This document shows, piece after piece, positions 28,408 through 36,516 of a stretch of DNA of 64,000 nucleotides (position 1 is its first letter; every line of letters starts with the position of its first letter). The stretch lies in the IMG/VR virus record IMGVR_UViG_3300042891_001180, one strand, 5' to 3'. The DNA is from a virus. The notes beneath the pieces were generated by a model that worked only from the letters and a program-made list of their open reading frames with translations, was not told where the DNA came from and did not search any database. Made by a program: the position numbers and the translations under genes.

Positions 28408-28556
28408 ATGAATACCAAAAAACATTTGATATGTGTTTAAAGATATTTGTATATGGCTGCGTAGCGTTATACTTCTTAGGGTTTCTTAAATTTCTTCCAG
28501 ATGACCTGTCTGACAGATTAGTTAATGGTTTAATAGGTAGATTTTTACCTGGTTAA
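28404..28556 (+). CDS. Small membrane protein (50 aa)
   Basis: Manual translation MNEYQKTFD...YFLGFLKFLPDDLS; ATGA overlap. Confidence 0.6.
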   Translation: MNEYQKTFDMCLKIFVYGCVALYFLGFLKFLPDDLSDRLVNGLIGRFLPG

Positions 28557-28579
28557 TAAATATTTTAAAGGAGAAAGTT

Positions 28580-28696
28580 ATGTTAGATATTTTACTTTGG
28601 GTAGCAGTAGGTGCATTTATTGGCTGGAATTTCCCCCAACCATTCTGGGCTAAAATGATGCAAGAAAAAATTCAAGCAATGATTGCTAAAAAATAA
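28580..28696 (+). CDS. Small membrane protein (38 aa)
   Basis: MLDILLWVAVGAFIGWNFPQPFWAK; AAGGAG RBS; AATAAATA at 28555-28562. Confidence 0.65.
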   Translation: MLDILLWVAVGAFIGWNFPQPFWAKMMQEKIQAMIAKK

Positions 28697-28705
28697 GGAG
28701 TACTT

Positions 28706-29254
28706 ATGGCTGAAGAAAAGAAACCTCTAAGTAGGAGTGAGCGTGAAGCTCAGATCAAAGACAAAGCCGGGTGGCTTATTACCGTACTTGCTGCACTTCT
28801 GGCCATTAATACCTATATTGCTTCTGGCAATAGTTCTAAAGTATTAAACAATACTATTAAAGCAAACGATACCTGGGCTTTCTATCAGGCTAAGTCTATT
28901 AAGCAGACCCTGGCTGAAATGGCAAGAGACGATGCAGTTGAGAGAAAACAATTTGATAAAGCAGACAAATTAACTGCTAAGATTAATCGTTACGAATCTG
29001 AACCAGCTACTGGTGAAGGTAAGAAGGAATTAATGGCTAAAGCACGAGCATTAGAAGCCGAGCGCGATCAAGTTCGTAAATCTGGTCCCTGGATGACATT
29101 TGCTGGTTCAGGTTTTCAGATTTCTATCGTTCTATTATCAGCTAGTATATTAGCTGTTGCTCCTGCACTTTACGTTGCAAGTATTGTAGTTGGTGCATTG
29201 TCAGCGTTACTAATGAGTCAAGGAATATGGCTCTGGATACCAATAGTGCTGTAA
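28706..29254 (+). CDS. DUF4337-like membrane protein
   Basis: TM, WAFYQAKSIKQ motif, coiled coil, QISIVL..ASIL TM pair. Confidence 0.8.
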   Translation: MAEEKKPLSRSEREAQIKDKAGWLITVLAALLAINTYIASGNSSKVLNNTIKANDTWAFYQAKSIKQTLAEMARDDAVERKQFDKADKLTAKINRYESEPATGEGKKELMAKARALEAERDQVRKSGPWMTFAGSGFQISIVLLSASILAVAPALYVASIVVGALSALLMSQGIWLWIPIVL

Positions 29255-30018
29255 TGAGCTCAAAAAAGTATCGGAGCATCTTTATCAGTGATGTTCATCT
29301 AGGTACTAATGATTGTAAAGCCAATAAACTAAATAATTTTTTAAAATATAATACCTGTGATACTTTATACCTGGTAGGTGATATAATTGACGCCTGGCGC
29401 ATACAACAAAACAAATGGCGTTGGAAGCAGTCTCATACTAATGTGGTGAGACGGGTTCTAGGTCATGCCAAACGTGGGACCAGGGTAATATATATTGCTG
29501 GTAATCATGATGAATTTTTACGACCAATGATACCTTACGGGTTCAGTTTTGGCTTGATAGAAATTCATAATCAATTCGAACATATTGGTGCAGATGGTAA
29601 ACATTATCTTGTTACACATGGTGACATGTTTGATGGTATTACCAGACTTGCACCCTGGTTAGCATTTTTAGGAGATCGTGCATATGATGTGGTTTTATCG
29701 CTCAATAACAAATTCAATTGGATACGTCATCGCTTTGGCTTTGGGTATTTTAGTCTTAGTCAATATCTCAAAACAAAAGTAAAAAAAGCGGTTGACTTTA
29801 TATTTCACTTTGAAAAAAACTTAGCTGGTTATTGTAAAAAGCGCGGCTACGATGGAGTAATATGTGGTCATATACATCATGCTGAAATAAAAGAGATAGA
29901 CGGTGTAGTATACATGAACGATGGTGACTGGGTAGAGTCTTGTACTGCCTTAGTTGAACACTGGGATGGGCGCTGGGAAATTATTACCTGGACTAAGGAA
30001 ACAGATGAAACTATCTGA
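29254..30018 (+). CDS. Metallophosphoesterase, PlcP/LpxH-like
   Basis: SDVHLG, GDIID, GNHD, HGD, GHIH motifs and GDWVESCTALVE. Confidence 0.88.
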   Translation: MSSKKYRSIFISDVHLGTNDCKANKLNNFLKYNTCDTLYLVGDIIDAWRIQQNKWRWKQSHTNVVRRVLGHAKRGTRVIYIAGNHDEFLRPMIPYGFSFGLIEIHNQFEHIGADGKHYLVTHGDMFDGITRLAPWLAFLGDRAYDVVLSLNNKFNWIRHRFGFGYFSLSQYLKTKVKKAVDFIFHFEKNLAGYCKKRGYDGVICGHIHHAEIKEIDGVVYMNDGDWVESCTALVEHWDGRWEIITWTKETDETI

Positions 30019-30715
30019 TCAAATTACTATCGTTGTACCTTGCAAGAACGAAGAAGATTATATTCACCACTTACTAGATTCTTTCCGTTCTCAAGATATA
30101 GGTGATACTAGAATTATAATTGCTGACTGTTCAACTGATAATACTAGACAAGTCATACAGGATAACAGTCATTCCTTAAATGTAGAAATTATTAAAGGCG
30201 GTCCTGTTTCTGAAGCTAAGAATAATGGAGCTTACCTAACTAAAACACCTTATATTTTATTCATCGATGCTGATGTTCGTTTCTTTGACAATAACGTTAT
30301 TAAGGATGCTGTTAGAGAAATAATAACAAAAGACTTAGATCTTGTTGGGTTAAATATTAAATGCTACGATAATGATGTTAGAGCAGTAATTGGATTTACT
30401 CTTTTTAATATTATAAACCACACCCTAAAGTACTTCTCACCATTTGCAGTTGGTGCATTCATGCTGACTCGTAGAGATAGGTTTGAAGAGTTTGGAGGGT
30501 TCCCTGAAAAGACTGTAACGTCTGAAGACTACTTCCTATCTCGAATGTACAGCCCTAAAAAGTTTAAAATATTAAACCATTACTTCGGACAAGATTCACG
30601 CAGATTTAAAAAGATGGGATACTTTGGTATGGCAACATACCTTGTAAAGAATTTTATTAATCGCAATAACAAGGCGTATTGGGATAACCTAGATTCTTCT
30701 AAATACTGGAATTAA
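30005..30715 (+). CDS. Glycosyltransferase family 2
   Basis: IVVPCKNEE, DCSTDNT, FIDAD, SED. Confidence 0.9.
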   Translation: MKLSDQITIVVPCKNEEDYIHHLLDSFRSQDIGDTRIIIADCSTDNTRQVIQDNSHSLNVEIIKGGPVSEAKNNGAYLTKTPYILFIDADVRFFDNNVIKDAVREIITKDLDLVGLNIKCYDNDVRAVIGFTLFNIINHTLKYFSPFAVGAFMLTRRDRFEEFGGFPEKTVTSEDYFLSRMYSPKKFKILNHYFGQDSRRFKKMGYFGMATYLVKNFINRNNKAYWDNLDSSKYWN

Positions 30716-31419
30716 CTTTGTGAGACAATAAACTCGGCTTCAGGTATTCGTACCTTACCATTCTTACTTCCAAGTACAATAACGATACGGCGTCCAACAT
30801 CCGTATCTACCATCATGACAATGCAGCCACCGGCTGCATTTGTAGTTCCAGTCTTACTAACAATAAAACTATGACGCTTGCCAACGATAGGGTTGGTGTT
30901 ATTGAATGATTGAGATTGCTTACCACTTTTAATAGTAAGTACGGCAGTACGACTGGCTTGAGTTATTTCTGAATAATGACTTGCCTCAAATACCAATCTA
31001 AGTAAGTCTAAGGCAGTACTGATATTCATTGGACTTAGCCCGGTTGGCTCTACAAACTTAGTCCTCAACATCCCCAGGTAAATTGCTTTTTCGTTCATGT
31101 AGCGAATACATTCAAAACGACCGCCTGGAAAATTATCACATAACACTTTAGCAGAATTATTATCTGATTTCACTAAAGCCAGTTGAATGTGTTGCTCTCT
31201 TGTATACTTACCAAGTTTCTGTTGCATGTTTTGATTACTATCAATAACAGCCATTACGGTCATTAACTTGGTAATACTTGCAATAGAACGAACTTCGGTA
31301 ATATTGTACCCCTCAATCAAGTTACCCTGATCATCAGTCTCAAGCCAACTTTGTGCCGTTATATTAACCGCAAATGCATTACTAGCAAATAGTAATACAG
31401 CGAGTATAATCGCTCTCAT
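30712..31419 (-). CDS. D-Ala-D-Ala peptidase (S11, DacC/PBP7-like) with signal peptide
   Basis: SxxK (SITK), SxN (SDN) and KTG motifs intact. Confidence 0.9.
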   Translation of the reverse strand: MRAIILAVLLFASNAFAVNITAQSWLETDDQGNLIEGYNITEVRSIASITKLMTVMAVIDSNQNMQQKLGKYTREQHIQLALVKSDNNSAKVLCDNFPGGRFECIRYMNEKAIYLGMLRTKFVEPTGLSPMNISTALDLLRLVFEASHYSEITQASRTAVLTIKSGKQSQSFNNTNPIVGKRHSFIVSKTGTTNAAGGCIVMMVDTDVGRRIVIVLGSKNGKVRIPEAEFIVSQS

Positions 31420-31460
31420 CAGTTATACCCCAGTATAATATTATGAGGTATAATAATAAA

Positions 31461-31534
31461 GGGTGCAGGGGAAGGAGTCGCACCTACGACCTCTGGATTA
31501 TGAGTCCAGCGCTCTTCTACTGAGCTACCCTGCG
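31461..31534 (-). tRNA. tRNA with CAT anticodon, initiator-like but atypical
   Basis: C1:A72 mismatch, GCAGGG/CCCTGC stem, CTGGA-CTCATAA-TCCAG arm, T-loop TGCGACT, no encoded CCA. Confidence 0.7.
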
Positions 31535-31542
31535 TTATCGGT

Positions 31543-32277
31543 CTACAAGTTCCAGGGAAAACCGCCGGGATAAACTTCCGCTTGTTTGCTGTTCCCGTCA
31601 ATGAAGAATTCGGCTTGAACTGAGCCATCGTTACCCCCTAGCCTGTAGTTAAGTGTGTATTTACCAGAGCATGCATAATTGTCATGCTTGATATGGTCTT
31701 TTAAAATAGTATAAAATCTTCTATCTCCGCCCCACCCGTAATCCCAGATGTGACATACTTGTCGATAGAAGGATGTCTTAAAACAATATGAACTTGTATC
31801 TATTAAATAGGCATCTTTATTTACCCATGCAGGCCACCTACCTAATGACTCACAGTTATCAACTGTAATATAATTTTTATCTTTATCAAAAATCTGTCTG
31901 AGTGAATATGCCCAGTCGAGCTTCTTACTCTCAATAGTATTTATTAAGGAGTCTATATGATCAGTTTCGAACCAATTATCTTGATCTAAGAAGAGAACAT
32001 AATCGTGATTGATAAGATGGCCAAACCCAGCCATGATTCGGTGGCCGTAAAAGCCCCCGCCACCGGTGTTAAACGGTAAATCAATTCGTTTAACTTTTCC
32101 ACCTGTAATGATTCTTGCATCGTTTAATACCTCGTCTACCTTAGATGAAAACTGAACACCGTCTACAACCAGAAGATGTTCAACCTCTTTATTCGTCTGA
32201 TTTAATACTGAGTGTACAGCATCAGCTAATTCTGGTGACCCTATTGTAGGTGTAATAACTAAAATACTCAATCCCAC
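31543..32277 (-). CDS. Glycosyltransferase family 2-like
   Basis: VITPTIG, HLLVVDG, FLDQDN, DTSSY, DRRF. Confidence 0.8.
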   Translation of the reverse strand: MGLSILVITPTIGSPELADAVHSVLNQTNKEVEHLLVVDGVQFSSKVDEVLNDARIITGGKVKRIDLPFNTGGGGFYGHRIMAGFGHLINHDYVLFLDQDNWFETDHIDSLINTIESKKLDWAYSLRQIFDKDKNYITVDNCESLGRWPAWVNKDAYLIDTSSYCFKTSFYRQVCHIWDYGWGGDRRFYTILKDHIKHDNYACSGKYTLNYRLGGNDGSVQAEFFIDGNSKQAEVYPGGFPWNL

Positions 32278-32876
32278 AACCCCTGATAGTATTTACCGAA
32301 TAAACGGAACCCGTTTGCTTTACGATCTTGATGGGCTTTAAGCCCTGGTTGATCGATTTTAATCTTATGAAGATTTTTATTAAAGTCTTTTTCTTTCTCA
32401 TCCCATTCAGCATGATCAAAGAACTTCTCTTCACTGTTAGTATCAAGGTTTTGCTCAAACGCCCAGATCATTTCATTAAGTGCCCAGTCCCATCGCTTAA
32501 AATGATTTTCATCCGTATCATAATCATTTTCTTTAGGAGGTGCAGATGTGCTCTTCAGTTCTTCAGGTACATCTTCATCATCTACGAAGGGTGCACCGTG
32601 TTTTGTTTCCTTAAGCTGTTTAAGCATCGGAACAATAATATGAGAAAGAGTATAATCCATACTCCACGTATCCCATCGATCTATTTTAACGTAATTAATC
32701 TTAGGATGAATGAAGTCCAGAACTTTTTGAATACCTTGACAGATAGGCGTTAGACGATCTGACCATTTATCAATGATAGGTTCATCGTATTCAATTTCAC
32801 GCCAGAAGAAGACTTTTTCCAGTACCGTATATGGACTAATCCAATGGTAGCGGTATTTGCTCAAATATACCTTCAC
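32268..32876 (-). CDS. Conserved phage hypothetical protein
   Basis: KIDRWDTWSMD, FVDDEDVP, EMIWAF, LFGKYYQGLWD. Confidence 0.75.
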   Translation of the reverse strand: MKVYLSKYRYHWISPYTVLEKVFFWREIEYDEPIIDKWSDRLTPICQGIQKVLDFIHPKINYVKIDRWDTWSMDYTLSHIIVPMLKQLKETKHGAPFVDDEDVPEELKSTSAPPKENDYDTDENHFKRWDWALNEMIWAFEQNLDTNSEEKFFDHAEWDEKEKDFNKNLHKIKIDQPGLKAHQDRKANGFRLFGKYYQGLWD

Positions 32877-33045
32877 GTCTATTCCTATCTATATTTGTTA
32901 ACCTAACAGTCTCACCAACTACCTCCATATGGATACGATCGCCTTCACGCCAGTCGTCCTCCTTACAAAAGTCTTCTGGTAATTGAAGGATACCGTCTCC
33001 GGAACCATCTTCGGCATCTAATATTTCAGCAGTATAAGTTTTCAT
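32836..33045 (-). CDS. Small AbrB-like hypothetical protein
   Basis: ILQLPEDF....W.EGD.I pattern; probable start MKTYTAE. Confidence 0.55.
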   Translation of the reverse strand: MKTYTAEILDAEDGSGDGILQLPEDFCKEDDWREGDRIHMEVVGETVRLTNIDRNRREGIFEQIPLPLD

Positions 33046-33049
33046 AATA

Positions 33050-33125
<76 letters not shown>

Positions 33126-33126
33126 G

Positions 33127-33438
33127 TTATTGGTTAACACAAAGCATTACTTCGTTTTTAACGATACGAGTAATAGGGTCGTATACCTGAACCAAACAAT
33201 TGTATGTACTAGTTTGAGGGAACGGTTGTTGAATAATAATTGGTGGTTGTGGTGCTGGTTGGTTAGCGCGTGCAGCATCAGTTAAGATAGCCCCAACAAT
33301 TACACCACCTATAAGAGGGGCAACCCAGTTACCACCACCGTGACGATGACCGTAGTGACCGTGATGGCCATAATGACGATATTGCGCAAAAGCACTAGCT
33401 GAGACTAAAAGTAACAATACTACGAGAAACTTTTTCAT
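33127..33438 (-). CDS. Secreted His/Gly-rich small protein
   Basis: Signal peptide, HYGH repeats, hydrophobic WVAPLIGGVIVGAIL segment. Confidence 0.7.
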   Translation of the reverse strand: MKKFLVVLLLLVSASAFAQYRHYGHHGHYGHRHGGGNWVAPLIGGVIVGAILTDAARANQPAPQPPIIIQQPFPQTSTYNCLVQVYDPITRIVKNEVMLCVNQ

Positions 33439-33461
33439 AACATTCCTTAGTTAATGAGTCT

Positions 33462-33497
33462 ATTATATAGCTATCTCACGTTACTATCAACTGTTAC
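33462..33497 (-). promoter_or_regulatory. sigma70-like promoter with upstream GTAAC box
   Basis: GTAAC-AG-TTGATA-17 nt-TATAAT. Confidence 0.7.
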
Positions 33498-33700
33498 TTC
33501 TTACGTAACGCCTCTTTGCGCATAGATACTGAATGTCTCATGTGAGGTTTACGTACCTTGACATATTCTACACCATCAATGATACGTATATCAGTATAGT
33601 CCTCACATATCCATTCCTCCGAGTTAATCGGATTTACAAGTGTTACGGGTTGAGACTTCTTTTCATTTTTCATAATATTTTGCATTATGACGTGAAACAT
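33494..33700 (-). CDS. Hypothetical protein
   Basis: IDGVEYVKV motif; coupled to upstream ORF. Confidence 0.6.
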   Translation of the reverse strand: MFHVIMQNIMKNEKKSQPVTLVNPINSEEWICEDYTDIRIIDGVEYVKVRKPHMRHSVSMRKEALRKK

Positions 33701-33981
33701 TATAGACCGGCCAGTTGAATGCCTGAACCGAAAGCTGAATTATATTGATTATAGAGTTCTTTGACAGGTTTTGCACTCCAGACAACTCTAGCCCTATCTA
33801 CCTCAATAGAATGATCTTCAGTAAAAGCCGCATAAGGGAACATACCCATCATAGGTTGTTCAGGGTTTTGACGTGATGGGACCATTTGTATTGCACAAGG
33901 CTTACTTAAGGTAAGTATTTCACTACCCGTTACATCTGCAATCAACTCTTCACCTGTAATCAATTTTACAACTTTAATCAT
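33700..33981 (-). CDS. Sm-like-fold conserved T4-like protein
   Basis: KLITGEELIA...P..ELYNQY...FGSGI, typical hsp20 neighbour. Confidence 0.7.
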   Translation of the reverse strand: MIKVVKLITGEELIADVTGSEILTLSKPCAIQMVPSRQNPEQPMMGMFPYAAFTEDHSIEVDRARVVWSAKPVKELYNQYNSAFGSGIQLAGL

Positions 33982-34154
33982 GTTACAACAATCTCTTCTA
34001 TAAATTTAAAAGCACATTCTTCATTATAAAATATTTTAAAGAAATATGCAAGTGTTAACGGGTTGTGAAAAAACACTAATATCTGGTCATCAAAAACACT
34101 GGCCTTAATGACCCAGTTTTTTCTTCTGACAGGTATTAGTGATAGTATAATCAT
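33978..34154 (-). CDS. Hypothetical protein (58 aa)
   Basis: Manual translation, ATGA overlap with next gene. Confidence 0.5.
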   Translation of the reverse strand: MIILSLIPVRRKNWVIKASVFDDQILVFFHNPLTLAYFFKIFYNEECAFKFIEEIVVT

Positions 34155-34233
34155 GATCCTCTGAAACGATTTAAGTGTCTTTTGGCTAATGCCATTCTAG
34201 TTTCGATAATAATATTTAGTAATTTCTTTAACA

Positions 34234-34443
34234 TTATAGCATACCTCTTCTTACCAATGTTCTCGTTCTCGTCTCTAGATCTTTATGATCTACAGAATCG
34301 CTAAGATAACTTTCTATTTCATTTTGGTAAGACGGGGTAAATGTTCTTCCCACCCATGCCCAGAAATCTGATAGTTTAGGGGCGTCGACTCCCCCTAGTG
34401 CTTCTAGTTCTTTATTCATATCTTTTCCTTGTCTTGTGAACAA
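34234..34443 (-). CDS. DUF3563-like small protein
   Basis: ESYLSDSVD..DLE.R.R.L motif. Confidence 0.55.
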   Translation of the reverse strand: MFTRQGKDMNKELEALGGVDAPKLSDFWAWVGRTFTPSYQNEIESYLSDSVDHKDLETRTRTLVRRGML

Positions 34444-34446
34444 TTT

Positions 34447-34466
34447 AAAAAGCCCCCGAAGGGGCC
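34447..34466 (-). terminator. Intrinsic terminator with UUCG loop after hsp20
   Basis: GGCCCC-TTCG-GGGGCT-TTTT. Confidence 0.85.
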
Positions 34467-34471
34467 TTGTC

Positions 34472-34981
34472 TTACAGATCTCGATCTTGTGGATCTTCTG
34501 TAAGTAGTTGGGGTTTAGTTTTTTTAGGTTTAGCTTCTGAAGTATCTTTAACTTCGATCTTCTTTGGCTTTCTATGTTCAGGAATAATACGCTCTAAAAA
34601 TACTTTAAGCATACCATTGAACATCTCGGCATTTTGAACTTCGATTTGATCATCGAGTGCAAAAGAGCGGGTAAATGCGCGATTGGCAATTCCCTTAAAC
34701 AGGAAATTATCTTCGGCTTCGTTTGACTGAACATTGCCCTTGATTAACATCTTACCATCATTAAGTTCAATCTCAATGTCTTGTTTTGAAAAACCGGCCA
34801 CAGCTACTTCAACAACGTAAGTATTATCGCCTGTCTTCTTAATGTTATAAGGGGGATAGTTAGGAATATTTTTCGTCATATCGTCATGCATTTTAGCAAG
34901 ACGGTTAAACTGATCATCAAAGCCAACAAAGAATTTATCCATGTCTTTAAAGCCAGGACCAAATGTAGTTAGTAATGTCAT
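34472..34981 (-). CDS. hsp20: Small heat-shock protein Hsp20/IbpA-like (start MTLLTTF)
   Basis: NYPPYNI, VAVAGF, KGIA.RAF.R.F, NGML.V.L. Confidence 0.95.
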   Translation of the reverse strand: MTLLTTFGPGFKDMDKFFVGFDDQFNRLAKMHDDMTKNIPNYPPYNIKKTGDNTYVVEVAVAGFSKQDIEIELNDGKMLIKGNVQSNEAEDNFLFKGIANRAFTRSFALDDQIEVQNAEMFNGMLKVFLERIIPEHRKPKKIEVKDTSEAKPKKTKPQLLTEDPQDRDL

Positions 34982-34982
34982 A

Positions 34983-35204
34983 TTAAGCTCCCTTTTTTGC
35001 TGTACCTGTAATTGCGTTTGCAAATGTTTCTGAAGCAATGTTCATTACGTCATTTGCAGACTTAAAAATTTGTTTTGTAAAGACACGTTGTGCCTCAACG
35101 AAATCAACTAAAGGTTTTTGAAGGGATTCTTCCTTAACTGTTTGTTTGAGGAAGTTAATTTTGGCGTTTTGAATGGAATCAATAGCCATGTTTGAATAAA
35201 ACAT
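34983..35204 (-). CDS. Phasin-like amphipathic helical protein
   Basis: IDSIQ.AK..F.......L...L..FVEAQ..F.K pattern; AGGAG RBS. Confidence 0.5.
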   Translation of the reverse strand: MFYSNMAIDSIQNAKINFLKQTVKEESLQKPLVDFVEAQRVFTKQIFKSANDVMNIASETFANAITGTAKKGA

Positions 35205-35221
35205 ATAGTTTCTCCTATTAA

Positions 35222-35352
35222 GCGAGTTTAAAATTTGATACCCCTAAGGCGTATCGTTAATCCAGCTTACCGACTACTGGGGTACCTTATCGTTGTACCG
35301 GCTTTAGACGCTCCTAAGGTAGAAGAGCCTATTACGTTCCCATCCCGGGGAT
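35222..35352 (-). ncRNA. Candidate structured RNA leader (four hairpins)
   Basis: GC-richer intergenic segment with stems at 35310-35328, 35281-35299, 35262-35280 and 35237-35255. Confidence 0.55.
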
Positions 35353-35367
35353 ATATTATATATGCTT

Positions 35368-35799
35368 TTACTCGTCAGAATCTATTCTTTTTTTACCAAT
35401 ATTATACTTGGTTTGTAGATCCCATTCGTGCTTATCCTTATGTGCAATTACTTTAATCTGCGATAAAGGAGCAAGCTCAGTAAACTTTGTATTGTCTAAA
35501 ATCTTTACCAGACCCCAATCGGATAGAAGTTTGGCAATTGTATTTCTACGTTCTAAATCGTTATCTGATAAATCGGCTTGCTTCCCATCTAAGGCAAAGA
35601 GCTCTTTAAAGTGAACGATGTAGTATTTTCCTTGTTTATGCAGGATGTGGCAAGATTGATAAAGAATCTTATCTTTACGTGATGCGACACCAATTCTAGT
35701 TAACGTTTCTCTTACTTTTAAAAAATCATCTGGTTGAACAAGAAGGACTTCTAGAGGTGCATATCCAGGCAAGTCAATCTTGAAGTACTCGTTTGACAT
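35368..35799 (-). CDS. regA: Translational repressor RegA
   Basis: DDFLKVRETLTRIGVAS, LYQSCHILHKQG, YYIVHFKELFALDG. Confidence 0.97.
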   Translation of the reverse strand: MSNEYFKIDLPGYAPLEVLLVQPDDFLKVRETLTRIGVASRKDKILYQSCHILHKQGKYYIVHFKELFALDGKQADLSDNDLERRNTIAKLLSDWGLVKILDNTKFTELAPLSQIKVIAHKDKHEWDLQTKYNIGKKRIDSDE

Positions 35800-36229
35800 T
35801 ATTAATTCCACCTTTTTCTAATTTTTGTTTTATCAGGTCAATTTGGGATTGATCTAGAAGGGGAAGTACCTGGCGGGCTTTATCTGTGCTATAACCATAG
35901 TATTGTTTAATTACTTCTATCGACTCAATCTTATCAGCTTTGATCCACTTGTTAAAGCGTTTCTTAGGCCTAATGTTATTTATTAGAAATTGGAATTGGA
36001 GTTTTTTATCTAAATGAGGCCTAGAATTCATCTCATTTGCCTGGATTACGGTATCGGCGCCGTACGAGAGTCCTTTATTAACGATGTATGGGACATACTG
36101 CTTTTCAGCCCAGTCATCTATCATAAGATCGTTCTTATTATAGGTGATTGCATTTATAAAATCGAAAGGTGAAATAGCAGGCACCTTGTAAGGCTCAACA
36201 ACTATCTCTACTTTAGGTTCCCCGAACAT
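35774..36229 (-). CDS. gp62: Clamp loader small subunit (T4 gp62-like)
   Basis: SPFDFINAI, ANEMN, YYGYS..KA, ends KGG; synteny with regA. Confidence 0.9.
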   Translation of the reverse strand: MFGEPKVEIVVEPYKVPAISPFDFINAITYNKNDLMIDDWAEKQYVPYIVNKGLSYGADTVIQANEMNSRPHLDKKLQFQFLINNIRPKKRFNKWIKADKIESIEVIKQYYGYSTDKARQVLPLLDQSQIDLIKQKLEKGGINNVKRVLQD

Positions 36230-36516
36230 CAGAATACCATCCTAATTAAACCGACTGTGTCGATTGTGGTGAGTAGTATATAGTTGGCGAGCATTCCAAA
36301 TGATTTCCTAGTGTAAGCAGCCCAAGCATACAAAGCGCAGCCAGCGATCCAAATAGGATACAAAACAAGAAGCGGTGGAGTAGGGACTGTAGCGGCCATA
36401 GTGATGCTACAACCAATACTAATGCCCCAAGCAAGCAACTCGATAAAAAAGCGTACAGGGTGAGAATTAAAATCATCTTTTATCCATTCAAATGTCGGTC
36501 TTAGTAGGTCGTTCAA
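36229..36516 (-). CDS. Small three-TM membrane protein
   Basis: Three hydrophobic segments. Confidence 0.7.
   Translation of the reverse strand: MNDLLRPTFEWIKDDFNSHPVRFFIELLAWGISIGCSITMAATVPTPPLLVLYPIWIAGCALYAWAAYTRKSFGMLANYILLTTIDTVGLIRMVF

Noticed and set aside
31419-31628. 69-aa minus-strand ORF
   Set aside because: Reads through the CAT tRNA gene; not a credible protein.
35235-35456. 73-aa plus-strand ORF
   Set aside because: Antisense to the regA end and the structured RNA leader.
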